A stretch of DNA of 64,000 bases, taken from contig NC_042997.1 of the NCBI RefSeq assembly GCF_006345805.1, positions 183,644,001 to 183,708,000 of the forward strand, in the 5' to 3' direction. The stretch is from Octopus sinensis. Taxonomy: Eukaryota. The position numbers and the translations under genes are program-made. This document shows positions 35,903-49,160 of the stretch, piece by piece. Under the pieces are notes generated by a model. The model saw only the letters and a list, made by a program, of their open reading frames with translations, had not been told where the DNA came from and made no database searches. Position 1 is the stretch's first letter; each line of letters starts with the position of its first letter.

Positions 35903-36130
35903 AATACAGCATTCCCTCAACTATCGCGGATGTTACGTTCCAAACCCCTCCGCGATAGGTGAAAATCCGCGAAGTAGAAACAGTACTGTACTGTATATTT
36001 TTAAAATCATTTTTATAATTTGTATATATTTATTTTATAATAAATGCCAAACAACATCACGGGGTAATCGACGTAAGCTTAAATAATAAACTGCGATAGA
36101 TGAACCGTGACATGGGGTGGTATTACTATA
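35903..36130. mobile_element. Tigger-like MITE, degenerate
   Basis: Left TACAGCATTCCCTCAACTATCGCGG..GTTACGTTCCA; right CTGCGATAGATGAACCGTGA...TATTACTATA. Confidence 0.65.
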
Positions 36131-36362
36131 CTTCTATTTTGGGATGGGATATTGTGTTACCTCTTCCTTTTATGCAAACTGTCAAATTTAGCTCAAACAT
36201 TCTGTTTGTGTGTGTGTGTATGTGTGTGTGTGTGTGTATGTGTGTGAGTATATACACATACATATACATAGACACATACAAACATATATATACATGTCTG
36301 TAATCATCCATGTATTTATATATATATATATATAAGTTTGGAATAATATTCCCTCATATTAT

Positions 36363-36411
<49 letters not shown>

Positions 36412-36781
36412 AAATCAAGGATAAAATCTTTATAAGAAATTATCAGTAGTTAGCGTGAAAAAACTCGTAAGAGAAAAAATTTGTAGTTTTGACTGCAAAG
36501 GTCCCTCCTAGCGTGCGGTACCTATGAATAATAGTACCCTCTATATAATATATATATATATATACGTAACCAAAGACAGGGCTCAATAATGAGTTCCCCA
36601 CTCCATTCCAGTATCCCGCGTTGTATACTGCTGGGTATCAACTCCAGGGATGGGGTAGTGTGTGGAATTCGAGCGAAATGGTAGAAATAATAATGATATA
36701 CGGAAAAATAGGCCGGTTATCTCTCTCTCTCTATATATATATACAAATATATATATATATAATATATATATATATATATTA

Positions 36782-36837
<56 letters not shown>

Positions 36838-37268
36838 TATAATATACATATATATACATATATATACATATTATATACATACATACATACATACATACAC
36901 ACATATACATATATATTTATACCCATGTACATATATTATATATATACACACATATATATATATACATACATATATAGACATATATATACATATATATACA
37001 CACATATATATATACATATATATATATATATACAGAGATAGAGGAGGAGGAGGGGGAGGAGGGGGAGGAGGAAGCGGAGATAGAGATATATAAGTACATT
37101 TATGTACACCCCCGAGCCACGACTACACGCAAACATATCACGTAAAATATTTATGTAACTCAGTCAAAAGTGCACCGAATGATAAAAATTGTATAACTGT
37201 ATATGAATGATGTGTATATAATTAAACGTTACATACACACACTATAGCATAATATACCATTATAATTA

Positions 37269-37299
<31 letters not shown>

Positions 37300-37690
37300 T
37301 CTTTTATTTGTTTCAGTCATTTGACTGCGGCCATGCTGGAGCACCGCCTTTAGTCGAGCAAATCGACCCCAGGACTTATTATTTGTAAGCCTGGTACTTA
37401 TTCTATCGGTCTCTCTTGCCGAACCGCTAATGACGGGGACGTAAACACACCAGCATCGGTTGTCAACCGATGTTGGGAGGACAAACACAAACACACAAAC
37501 ATACACACACACGCACACACACACACACATATATATATACGACGGGCTTCTTTCGATTTCCGTCTACCAAATCCATTCATAAGGCTTTGGTCAGCCCGAG
37601 GCTATAGTAGAAGATACTTCCCCGAAGTACCACGCTGTGGGACTGAACCCGGAACCATGTGGTTGGCAGGCAAATTATTTACCACACACC
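37300..37690 (-). mobile_element. Family B SINE
   Basis: Reverse complement of the family B consensus. Confidence 0.9.
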
Positions 37691-37693
37691 CAC

Positions 37694-37771
<78 letters not shown>

Positions 37772-37899
37772 AGAGACAGAGAGACAGAGACAGAGAGACA
37801 GAGACAGAGAGACAGAGAGGCAGAGAGACAGATAGAGAGAGACAGACGGACAGAAACAGAGAGAAAGTTAATTTTAAAAAACGGAGAAAAAGAAACAGG

Positions 37900-38111
37900 A
37901 AAAACAACACAAGAACGTGGTACATGCAAAGTATTAATAAAGACGCTCAGGAAAAGGAAATAAACTGGTTGTTTTATGTTTCGAGCAAAGCTCTTCTTTG
38001 GAACAGGAGACATAGGAAAGTCTAAAAGAAAAGGAAAGAGGATGGAAAAAAACGCCAACATTCCACGTGTAGTTACACACACACATATATATATATATAT
38101 ACACACATGTG

Positions 38112-38185
<74 letters not shown>

Positions 38186-38262
38186 CCTTTCCTGAGCGTC
38201 CAATAACACTGTACTTCTTCCACGTCCTCGTGTCGTTTTTTCTTGCTTGTTCATGTTTGGAT

Positions 38263-38270
<8 letters not shown>
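37900..38270. mobile_element. Two oppositely oriented pieces of the 4690-4870 family around (TA)n
   Basis: GACGCTCAGGAAA..GAAA and GTTTCGAGCAAAGCTCTTC on plus; AGTTAATCCAAACATGAA...GAGGACGTGGAA on minus. The hammerhead core is degenerate here. Confidence 0.7.
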
Positions 38271-38347
<77 letters not shown>

Positions 38348-38374
38348 ATATATATATATATTATATATATATAT

Positions 38375-38418
<44 letters not shown>

Positions 38419-38419
<1 letters not shown>

Positions 38420-38586
38420 CTTTTATTAAAGCTGCAAAATATTAACAAAACTGTTACTCAGAAATTCACGTTCCCGTTCGTCAGACAGTGGTGATGAATA
38501 CAGTATCCATTTATAAGTGTCCGACGAACGGGAACGCGAAAGTCTAAATAGAAGTCTTGTAAAGATTTTGCAGCTTTAAAAAAGCT
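38419..38586. repeat. Imperfect palindrome of two hammerhead-like termini
   Basis: Minus 38450-38489 reads ACTGT CTGACGA ACG GGAA CGT GAATTTC T GAGT A ACAGT. Plus 38516-38555 reads AGTGT CCGACGA ACG GGAA CGC GAAAGTC. Confidence 0.75.
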
Positions 38587-38906
38587 TATCACTCTACCTT
38601 AAGTATTCGTCTACTATTTTCTTCCATCTTGCTTTGCATTTATTTTTAAATAATAATTTTAATTATTTCAATTTTAAAAACAAAATATAAAATGTTTTTT
38701 TTTTTCAAATGGTGTGCAGTGAAATCTTAAAAAGTAAAATCTTAAAATCTTAAAAAGTGATATGTACATACATATATACATACATACATATATACATTGA
38801 TTTAATACATAACTATATATACATACATTTAAACATACATATAATTATAGACATAATATTTAAACACGGACATAAAAAAATGAATATAAACATGCACAAT
38901 GCCACC

Positions 38907-39670
38907 GTACATACATACATACATACATACATACATACATACATACATACATACATACATACATACATTCATACATGCGTGCATTCATACATGCGTGCAT
39001 GCATGCATACATGCGTGCATGCATACAAACATACATACATACATACATACATACATACATACATACATACATACATACATACATACATACATTCGTGCAT
39101 TCATACATGCGTGCATGTATGCATACATACATACATACATATATACATACATGCATGCATACATACATACATACATACATACATACATACATACATTCAT
39201 ACATTCGTGCATTCATACATGCGTGCATGCATGCATACATACATACATACATATATACATACATACATACATACATACATACATACATACATGCATGCAT
39301 GCATACATACATACATACATTCGTGCATTCATACATGCGTGCATGTATGCATACATACATACATACATACATACATACATACATACATACATGCATGCAT
39401 ACATACATACATACATGTATACATACATGCATGCATACATACATACATAAATGCGTGCATACAGGCATACATACATACATACATACATACATACATGCAT
39501 ACAGGCATACATACATACATACATACATACATACATACATACATACATACATACATACATGCATGCATGCATACATACATACATACATACATACATGTAT
39601 ACATACATGCATGCATACATACATAAATGCGTGCATACAGGCATACATACATACATACATACATACATGC
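38907..39670. repeat. Complex (CATA)n satellite with TGCGTGCA/TTCGTGCA higher-order units
   Basis: Direct reading; a reverse-complement version lies at about 40090-40270. Confidence 0.9.
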
Positions 39671-39987
39671 GTACGTACACACATGCACACACACGCATAA
39701 TATAATATAAAATAGTATGTTTGTGTTTCTTTTATCTTTTCTTTTACTTCTTTCAGTCATTAGACTGCGGTCATGCTGGGGCACCGCCTTGAAGAATTTT
39801 TAGCCGATTCAATCGACCCCTGTACATTTTTATTATAAGTCTAGTACTTATTCTATCGGTATCTTGTGCCGAACCACTCAGTAACGGGGACGTAAACACA
39901 CCAACACCAGTTGTCAAGCAGTGATAGGGACAAAGACAGACGCAAACGCACGCACACACACACATACTTCCATACATACACCACACA

Positions 39988-40051
<64 letters not shown>

Positions 40052-40271
40052 CATGTGTGTGTGTATGTATGGAAGTATGTGTGTGTGCACGCATGAATGA
40101 ATCCGCGAATGTATGTATGTATGTATGTATGCATGCATGCACGCATGTATGAATGCACGCATGTATGTATGTATGTATGTATGTATGTTTGTATGCATGC
40201 ACGCATGTATGCATGCATGCACGCATGTATGAATGCACGCATGTATGTATGTATGTATGTATGTATGTATG

Positions 40272-40305
<34 letters not shown>

Positions 40306-40442
40306 GGGTGCGGCAGAAATACCTCCCACATTTTAAACTTTCACCTATGTGTTGCTAATGAACTTATGCAAGTGACAACGATGTTTTCATTTAGCTAATG
40401 ATCAAAAACTGTAAGCCTTTGTTTAAACAACATACACACACC

Positions 40443-40459
40443 CAGATAGATAGATAGAT

Positions 40460-40550
<91 letters not shown>

Positions 40551-40577
40551 CAGACAGATATAGATAGACAGACAGAT

Positions 40578-40670
<93 letters not shown>

Positions 40671-40723
40671 CACACATAGACAGACAGGCATGCATACATA
40701 GACAGACAGACAGACAGACAGAC

Positions 40724-40766
<43 letters not shown>

Positions 40767-40775
40767 CAGACAGAT

Positions 40776-40808
<33 letters not shown>

Positions 40809-40813
40809 TATAG

Positions 40814-40877
<64 letters not shown>

Positions 40878-40918
40878 CACACATAGACAGACAGGCACGC
40901 ATACATAGACAGACAGAC

Positions 40919-41007
<89 letters not shown>
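40443..41007. repeat. (GATA)n/(GACA)n compound microsatellite
   Basis: Direct reading; explains the YLSI ORFs. Confidence 0.95.
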
Positions 41008-41008
<1 letters not shown>

Positions 41009-41703
41009 ACATCGTCTGTAAACAAACATAAATCCGAAAGAAGCACACTCTAGGACGTAGAGCAGTAAATATTATATTAAAAATGAGGAAGGCCGGTTTA
41101 TGAGTTTAATCAAGGTGCCACGCAGTGGAACTGAACCCGGAACTATGTTGTTGGGAAGCAAGTTTCTTGCCACACAGCCGTATGGATTGATAGATGGATT
41201 ATGCATTTTTATGTCGAGCGGCTGCTAGAATAATCCTCGGCATACAGTTACCAGCTTCTCTATATTCATAGGTTTCCTTGCCTATGTCAGCCAGTTGCAG
41301 GTTGGACGGTGCTACTGTGGGTTGCATAAGTAGCCCAGGCTATCTGCTGACACCCAGGGAGAATTAGAACTCAGACCACAGAGATCCGATACGAACACTG
41401 CAAGGTATTCTATCCGAAACGATAACTACTCGTTTGTGGGTTGCACGCACGCACTTTAAAGCAAATACAAACACAAGTTCAATGTCACATGCGTATACAT
41501 ATATCTAGCATTGCAGACACAAGAGTACACGTCTACATCTGTGATAAGTAGAAGTCTATACAACACGTGTTCTCTTCACTTTTTCATGTAAATAAGTTCT
41601 CCCGCTCAGTTTCTTTCTTTCACTTTCACATACACTCACACAAACAATAAACACACTCTCACACACAGTAAACAATTATTCGCACTTACACGGAGAAGTC
41701 AGG

Positions 41704-41776
<73 letters not shown>

Positions 41777-43021
41777 GTCTGTCTGTCTGTCTATCTACCT
41801 ATCTGTCTGTGTATGTATGTATGTATGTATGTATGTATGTATGTACAGGGTGCGGCAGAAATACCTCCCACATTTGAAAGGTTCACAAAAGGAAAAAGAA
41901 ACAACATTTATGAAAAATTAATTTTACTTTTGTTTAAACAAAGGCTTACAGTTTTTGTTACATAGAAGCATGCAAATTAGTAAATACATATACTTAAACG
42001 ACATACATATACAAATACTAAAATGTTTAGTCAGCATGCTTTCATCTACGTAGCTAGTATATTTTGTATGCATGTATGTGAGTGCGGGTGCATTTCAAGA
42101 GTGTTGTTGCATGCGCGCGCTTGTGTGTGCATTTTAACAAAATCAAAAAGAGAAAAATCTCACGTTTGTGAAGATGCCCTCGAGAACATGTGCATTAAGG
42201 CCAGCTAGGAATTCTTCGAAACGTGCAGACGTTTCACGCATTTCAAAATAGCTTTTGTGGACATTGACTGTTACACACAACACAGATGCATAAATAATAT
42301 TCATCGAATTTTTTTTTGGAAAATCGAAGATTTAACAAATGCGCTCAGACATTTAAACATACATACAAATACAATGTGCTTATATATATATATATATTTT
42401 TTTTTTGTGTACGCAAGGATTCTTTTTTGTCCAGGTAAATATATATTTTTTTTTGTCGCGTGTGCTCATGCACTTGAGTGTATGTATGCGATTTGTGTGT
42501 GTGTGTGTTTATGTATGTGTGTGTATGTATGTGTGCTTATTCGCGCGCTTTTATTTTCGTGTGCGTGTGATGAAGTAGCGACAGTCTGTGCGCAATATGA
42601 CCGAGTGAGCGAACGAATTAATGAGCGCCATACATAGTTTCTCTCAAAAAAATTGTTTCAGGCTGAAGCTGCGAACAGTCCTAATCAAAATGAAAAGCAA
42701 GGAGATACTGGCAGGGCTTTTTAAGAAGAAAAAAAAACGTGTAAAAATGGGCTACACGGGTTTTAAGAATAGATCCCTCATTCCACGAGTAATAGAACGT
42801 GATTAACTTGTTGCTCCGGTAAATACACGTCGGCTGCTTATCTTGTCTATTTTGCTAATAGCCGAGAGGGGCGTGCTATCAACAGGCGCGTTAATCGTAA
42901 TGCGAGAAGTGAGTGACTGCGGTAGACAGATGGTCTCGCAGCCAATACTGAAAAATATAAATAAATCCAAACATATTTAAAACATTTATATTTATAGACC
43001 AATGCACACGTGCACGCTTAA

Positions 43022-43437
43022 AACATCCTTATATTTCTTCTTCTTCTTCTTTCTTCCTTTTTCTTCTTCTTCTTCTTCTTCTTCTTCTCCTTCTTCTTCT
43101 TCTTCTTCTTCTTCTTTCTTCTTTTTTTCTTCTTCTTCTTCTTCTCCTCCTCCTTCTTCTTCTTCTTCTCCTCCTCCTTCTTTTTCTTCTTCTTCTCCTC
43201 CTCCTTTTTCTTCTTCTTCTTCTTCTTCTTCTCCCTCTCCTTCTTCTTCTCCTTCTTCTTCTTCTTCTTCTTCTCCCGCTCCTTCTTCTTCTTCTCCTTC
43301 TTCTTCTTCTTCTCCCTCTCCTTCTTCTTCTTCTTCTCCCTCTCCTTCTTCTTCTTCTTCTTCTTCTTCTTCGTCTTCTTCTTCTTCTCCCCCTCCTCCT
43401 CCTCCTCCTCCTCCTCCTCCTCTCCTCCTCCTCCTTC
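43022..43437. repeat. (CTT)n/(CCT)n polypyrimidine tract
   Basis: Direct reading; explains the poly-E/R/S ORFs. Confidence 0.95.
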
Positions 43438-43616
43438 TTAGCTTTGTCATTTCGTAATTGGAACCAAGATAACCAAGTAAAATTAATTGAAATAGAAAAA
43501 AAAATAATAATAATGGTAAGTAAAAATCGATAATAGCCAGCGGTCAATAAATTACAACGCTTTGCAAACTTACAGGAATGGGATGAAAAATGAATTTAAT
43601 TAATAAATTTAACCGT

Positions 43617-43633
43617 GCGCGTGCGTACGTACG

Positions 43634-43697
<64 letters not shown>
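43617..43697. repeat. (GCGT)n microsatellite
   Basis: Direct reading. Confidence 0.95.
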
Positions 43698-43700
<3 letters not shown>

Positions 43701-44805
43701 TAGTCTGCGCAAGTATGTGGGTGTAACGATAGACTGACCAGTTGGCGACAACTTAATTTAATTTACATTAAGAAATGGCGGGGATGGAGATTGTTATTTT
43801 TAGCTTCAATCTTTTTTCTTTTCTTTTTTTCTTTCTTCTTTTTTTCTTTCTTGTATTTATCTGGTAACATTTATGCCAAAGAAAAACAAACCTGGATATT
43901 GTTGGCATAAAATACCATTCGACAGAAATAAATGCTATACAATTTTGTAGTGTGGAGCAACGAACGTAGCTAATTAGATGAATGCATTGATAAAGGCACA
44001 TATTCACATCTTCGGTTACGAAAGAGATAAGTATGAATGGCGGTTCGTTACAGAAACGTGGCTTAGTGGTTAGGGTGCTGAACTCATGATAGTAAGAGTG
44101 CGGTTTCGATTCCAGGACTGGGTGACGCTTTGTGTTCTTGAGCAAAACACTTCGTTACACGTTGCTCCAGTCCAGGTTGTTACGTAATCATCACAACAAA
44201 CATGAACAATCAACGTTGCCCATTGTCTCCCTTGATACAAGGACATTCAGTAGGTTTCCCGCCACAACAAATACCTTGTACAACAACGGCAGTCTAATAA
44301 AGTATCTCGTATCGTTAACACGTTTTTTCAGTCTCTCTCATTTTCTTAATCTTTCATACTAAGTACTCACTACTTCCTTTAATACTCAATACATTATATA
44401 TATATAACAACAACACAAGTGAGGAATTTATACGCCGCGGGGAAACCGGCCCTTATGAGCCGGCATGATTCGAGAAAGTAACGGGTGAGTAGAAAAGTGT
44501 CTAACTGAAAGTCTGTTAGGGACTTGGTAATGTTTGATCTGTGGATACCAAATCTCGGAAAATTTTAATTGCTTTTCTCTGTTTTAGTTGAATGAAGTTG
44601 GGAGCTAGTTCGTTGTCCCCAAACTAATCCTCAAGCTCAGCTGCCCCCGACTGCCATGCCGCGAACCAATACCGGGTCGCAAAGAAAGAATAGCTTTTTT
44701 TTTTAAATTCCACTTCTATTTTATTGACTACCGCAGTTTGCAGCGTGTTATATATTACATTTAGTATATACGTATTATACATGTAATAATTAGATTATAT
44801 TTTGA

Positions 44806-45019
44806 CTTCAAATTTTGGTATAAGGCCATCAATTTTGAGGGAGTGACTAAGTTGATTACATTGACCCCTAGTACTGAACTGGTACTTATTTTATTGGGAC
44901 CGAAAGGATGAAAGGCAAAATCGACTTCGGTGGAATTTGAACTCAGAACGTAAGGACGGACGAATTGCCGCTAAGCACTTTACCTGGCGTGCTGACGATT
45001 CCGTCTGCTCACTGCCTTA
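44806..45019 (-). mobile_element. Family A' SINE, degenerate
   Basis: GAAAGGATGAAAGGCAAAATCGAC..CGGTGGAATTTGAACTCAGAACG on plus. Similar copies at 46500-46712 and 46720-46915. Confidence 0.8.
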
Positions 45020-45148
45020 ACTAGATTATATTATACACTTTATTGTGATTTGTTATACGTGTGATACCCCGGTTGGTGGGGAAATTATCTTGGATCAAAC
45101 CAGCTCGTGGTGCAAAAAAAAATTAACTCGAGCTGACATATTTGGTAG

Positions 45149-45309
45149 CACTAGCGTAGCCAGAGGGTGTGCCACCCGGGGCGGCCCTTCCGTTTGCCGC
45201 TCCCGGACCCCACAAAAAACACTTATTGCCTACGGCAATAACCTGCAACGGGAAGTGCCGCCCGGGTCGAATCACCCCCCTACCGCCCCCGCCCCCAGTT
45301 ACGCTAGTG
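45149..45309. mobile_element. hAT-like MITE
   Basis: TIR CACTAGCGTA(G/A)C; 8-bp TSD TTTGGTAG/TTTGGCAG. Confidence 0.85.
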
Positions 45310-47010
45310 TTTGGCAGATTAGAAGAATATTTTGTTTCTATACAGTGTGTACTGATGAGTGTAAATTTTCCTGAATTTTACCGCTTTTTTATGCTTCAGT
45401 GATTTGTGGTTTAATCATCAAACACGCATAGACCCGCGAATAGGGTGTCAGGGGTGCCAGCGCATCCACTAATTTTTTTGGTGGGGAGGGGTATCGCAAA
45501 TGCTTTGAACATCTTTGGTTGCACCTGGGTTTGCATCTCCTAGGCAAATTTCGTTCCCGCACTTATCCAAACACGGGATTGTAATGTCAATTTGTACGTG
45601 TACTGTGTAGGCTTAACTTGGAAGTAGACTTAAACCGTCTCAGACTTTAACACTATAACTGGCCTTGGGTGTCTTTAGTGAGCACACTCTGTAGCAGTTT
45701 GGATAAGTATATTCTACGATAACTTCGGATAGACCAAAGCTTTGTGCGAAAAATTTGGTAGACGAGAATTACATGGAAAGCCTTAAGGAGAGACTGCTCT
45801 TGTTCTTAGGTGGTAAAGTTAATCCGTTGTCTGGTTTAATACCACTATCCGACCGTTGGGTGCCTTCAGCAAATTCCACTTTGTCGCAAACATTTGGGTT
45901 AGGCTTTTGGTCTGAGAATTACTTTTTCTCATTAAGTTCGGAAATCCTGAAAAGTTATGGAAGCTGACCCTCCTACAATTAAGTAAAGCAAAAAAACAAA
46001 AAAAGCGGGGGTGGTTATTTGAACCAGGTCTTGGGTCCTCCTGTCTTACGACGAATTTCAGAAACCCGGCAAAAGGTTATGAATGTTGCTCTCTCTCCAC
46101 TGACTTAGTCATATAAAAAAAAACGTATATGCAAAATAATATAGCTACCTTATAGAACTACGAAGTTTTAAAGTCAAAGTCATGTTATCATAACTGATAC
46201 GTTTCCCTACATTTTTCGTCAGTTTAAATATATGTATGCTTTTGAAATTCAACTTTCTACTGCAGTAAATTTTACCCTCCGCCTCTTTGTAACCGAGATA
46301 AAAGTGGACACGATTTAATTAATAATTAGTATTCCACCTCACGAAAAAGGATCATGTCGAAAATAATCATTCAATTTTCTGTCATAATGTCAAACGGCTA
46401 AGATGCATTTCAATTACGATGCTTTTAAAACATTTAGTATAAAATGCTAATTACTTCCTAAAATTCCATATAATGATAATAATCATAATGATTACTATAG
46501 GCACAAGGCCTGAAAATTTGTGGGGGGGGTATAGTCGATTAGAGTGCCCCCCAGCGCCCCCAGTGCTTAACTGCAACTTATTTCATTGTCTCTAAAAGAA
46601 TGAAATGCAAAATCGACCTCAGTGGAATTTAAAATCAGAACGTACAGATAAATGAAATGCTGCTAAGCATTTCGTCCGGTGTGGTAACGATTCTGCCAGC
46701 TCGCCATCTTTAATAGTTGTTTCAAATTTTGGCACAAGGCCAATAGTTTTAGTAGGATGGAATAATCGATTACATCGACCTCAGTATTTGAGTACTTTAT
46801 TTTATCGGCTCTCGAAAGGATGAAAAGGAAAGTTGGTCGGCTTCGGTGGGACTTGAAATCAGCTGCAAAGAATCGGAAGAAATGCAGCTAAGGATTATAT
46901 CCGAGGTGCTAACGATTATTATAGTTGTTGTTGTTGTTGTTGTTGTTGTCGTCGTCGTTGTTGTTGTTGTTGTTGTTGTTATTAACGATGATGATGATGA
47001 TGATGATGAT

Positions 47011-47148
47011 AATGGAGCCCTGGGAACAGTGAGCAAAAATCTGGAGAAGTAAGTGGAACAAACAGGGGCTGCAATAATGGTGGAGCACTTGCAGAAAACA
47101 ACTCTGCTTGGAACAGCTCGAATACTCCGGAAGGTGCTCGAAAAATAA
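47011..47148 (+). pseudogene. RLE-type (R4/Dong/HERO-like) LINE C-terminus
   Basis: GALGTVSKNLEK*VEQTGAAIMVEHLQKTTLLGTARILRKVLEK*; begins after (GAT)n. Confidence 0.85.
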
Positions 47149-47199
47149 GAGGTGTTACCTTAGTTCACTGGCAGTAAACAGCTGTCACGTTAGAAGCTG

Positions 47200-47651
47200 T
47201 GCAAAAACAAGGGTATGTCAGTTTTTGACCTTAACGAGTTGAGCATGTCCCTTAGTGGCTGACGATATGTGCATCTCTGATCACGAGCAGAAGTAGTGGG
47301 GAAGCATCATAGCCATGTGTTGAGAAGGATTCTTTGGGGTTTGAATAATTCACCTCTGGAAACATGGGTGTTTCGTTCAACGTCCTTAAACAACCCTTAT
47401 TCAGGGACCTTTTGAGCGGGATGGGTTACTCGATCTGAAGAAAATTCTAACTGGGCTCCACCTGCAAGGTCATGTGCTGTTTATCTTGATATGAGATCAC
47501 CATGTCGCGCACATATGGTTGTGATGCATGTGCCTGGTGTACCCTTATCAGACGGGTAGTCATGATGGGTATACTGGGCTTCGTATATTTTTCCCCAGTG
47601 TCACTTTGATGGCATGCTCTGCTCGCTCACTCAATAATAATAATAATAATG
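47200..47651 (+). mobile_element. Retro-derived repeat ending in CTCACTC(AAT)n
   Basis: The same 3' end occurs on the minus strand at 63914-64000. Confidence 0.65.
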
Positions 47652-48393
47652 GCAAACAAATATGTAGTTCGATGAAACAGGGGCCATTGTGAAAGCAAGA
47701 CAAATAAAAATATTAGCCAATCCAATGAAATCTCCGAGTTGCTATTGATACAAATATGACCCTTCAGTCGCTGGTTGATCTGGACTTAAATCATTATAGC
47801 AGCTCAGGATCTTAAAAATGGTGCTAATCCTTCCTGCCGTTTTTATAGCTACAACCAGAGAAAAAAATTGACCACCCCATCTCTGGCTGTTCTATTTTGG
47901 CCTCAACTGGGTATGCTAGTCATTATGATAGATTTGGTTAGTATTAGCGGTGGGTCATATGCCGTCAGAGTAGACGATATGGTAGAAAATTAAGACATCA
48001 TTCTTTTCACACTTTCGTATTCAAACTGATCAAGCTATCCAGGCCAATTGAGTAGATACTGTGGTAAAAGATAATAATGAAATGTATTCAGCAACTTATA
48101 ATAATGAAGTTATTGTAAACAGTGCTCAACGTGTTTGTTCACAGATATGGAAATCCCAGGAGACTGCACACCTCTGTGAAAACGTTTTGAAGAGTGAAGA
48201 AAAATGAAGGGCTTGAAATAGCGGTCTCGATAATGTGGCGTCTAAGAACGGAGCTTTGGAGATAATATTAGAATTAAATGGCGCTCTTAAATACTAAGTT
48301 CAAATACAAGGAAATCCAAAAGTATCAGATCTATAAAAAAAAATTGTTCCCATGGGTACAACCTACATCTTAAGAAAAGCGCTGTCCATCTGA
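47652..48393 (+). pseudogene. RLE-type LINE, degenerate zinc-finger to C-terminal region
   Basis: NPSCRF..EKIDHPISGCSILASTGYASHYDRFG and the terminal KIVPMGTTYILRKALSI*. Confidence 0.8.
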
Positions 48394-48616
48394 GAATATT
48401 TCAATCTTTTAAAGTCTTTCAAACTCGCAAATGTTGCAGCAAACTTCTCACGAAATCTCATTTCTCAGCAATTGGTTTTCTTTCCCTGAAATATATCATT
48501 GTTGCTCATGAATAATACACACAGCGAAAAGGGCTAACATTTTTCTTAAGGTTTTTGTGTAAGACTTGGAACAGCATGAATAAAACAGAGCAACAACAAC
48601 GAAAGCATAATAATAT

Positions 48617-49018
48617 ACTCTTTTAGTCTTTTACTTGTTTCAGTCATTTGACTGCGGCCATGCTGGAGCACCGCCTTTAGTCGAGAAAATCGACCCCAAG
48701 ACTTATTATTTGTAAGCCTAGTACTTATTCTATCGGTCTCTTTTGCTGAACCGCTAAGTTACGGGGACGTAAACACACCAGCATCGATTGTCAAGCGATG
48801 TTGGGGTACAGACACAAACACACAGACACGCGCATATATCTATATACATATACTTATATACGACAGGCTTCTTTCAGTCTCCGTCTACCAAATCCTCTCA
48901 CAAGGCTTTTGTTGGCCCGAGGGTATAGTAGAAAACACTTGCCCAAGATGCCACGCAGTGGGACCGGACCCGGAACCATGTGGTTAGAAAGCAAGCTACT
49001 TACCACACAGCCACTCCT
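48617..49018 (-). mobile_element. Family B SINE
   Basis: Reverse complement of the consensus, followed by (GATA)n. Confidence 0.9.
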
Positions 49019-49032
49019 ATATATATATAGAT

Positions 49033-49160
<128 letters not shown>

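Noticed and set aside
38757-41048. Long ORFs of 150-290 aa (YIHT, MYVC, YLSI repeats), and similar ones throughout the window
   Set aside because: Translations of (CATA)n, (TA)n, (CA)n and (GATA)n microsatellites; open in several frames on both strands.
42992-43547. Poly-Glu, poly-Arg and poly-Ser ORFs
   Set aside because: Three-frame products of the (CTT)n tract, with no flanking domain or splice support.
45524-45539. 16-mer CACCTGGGTTTGCATC shared with the minus strand of the 32.3 kb island
   Set aside because: About one such match is expected by chance in a 64-kb two-strand self-comparison, and there is no flanking similarity.
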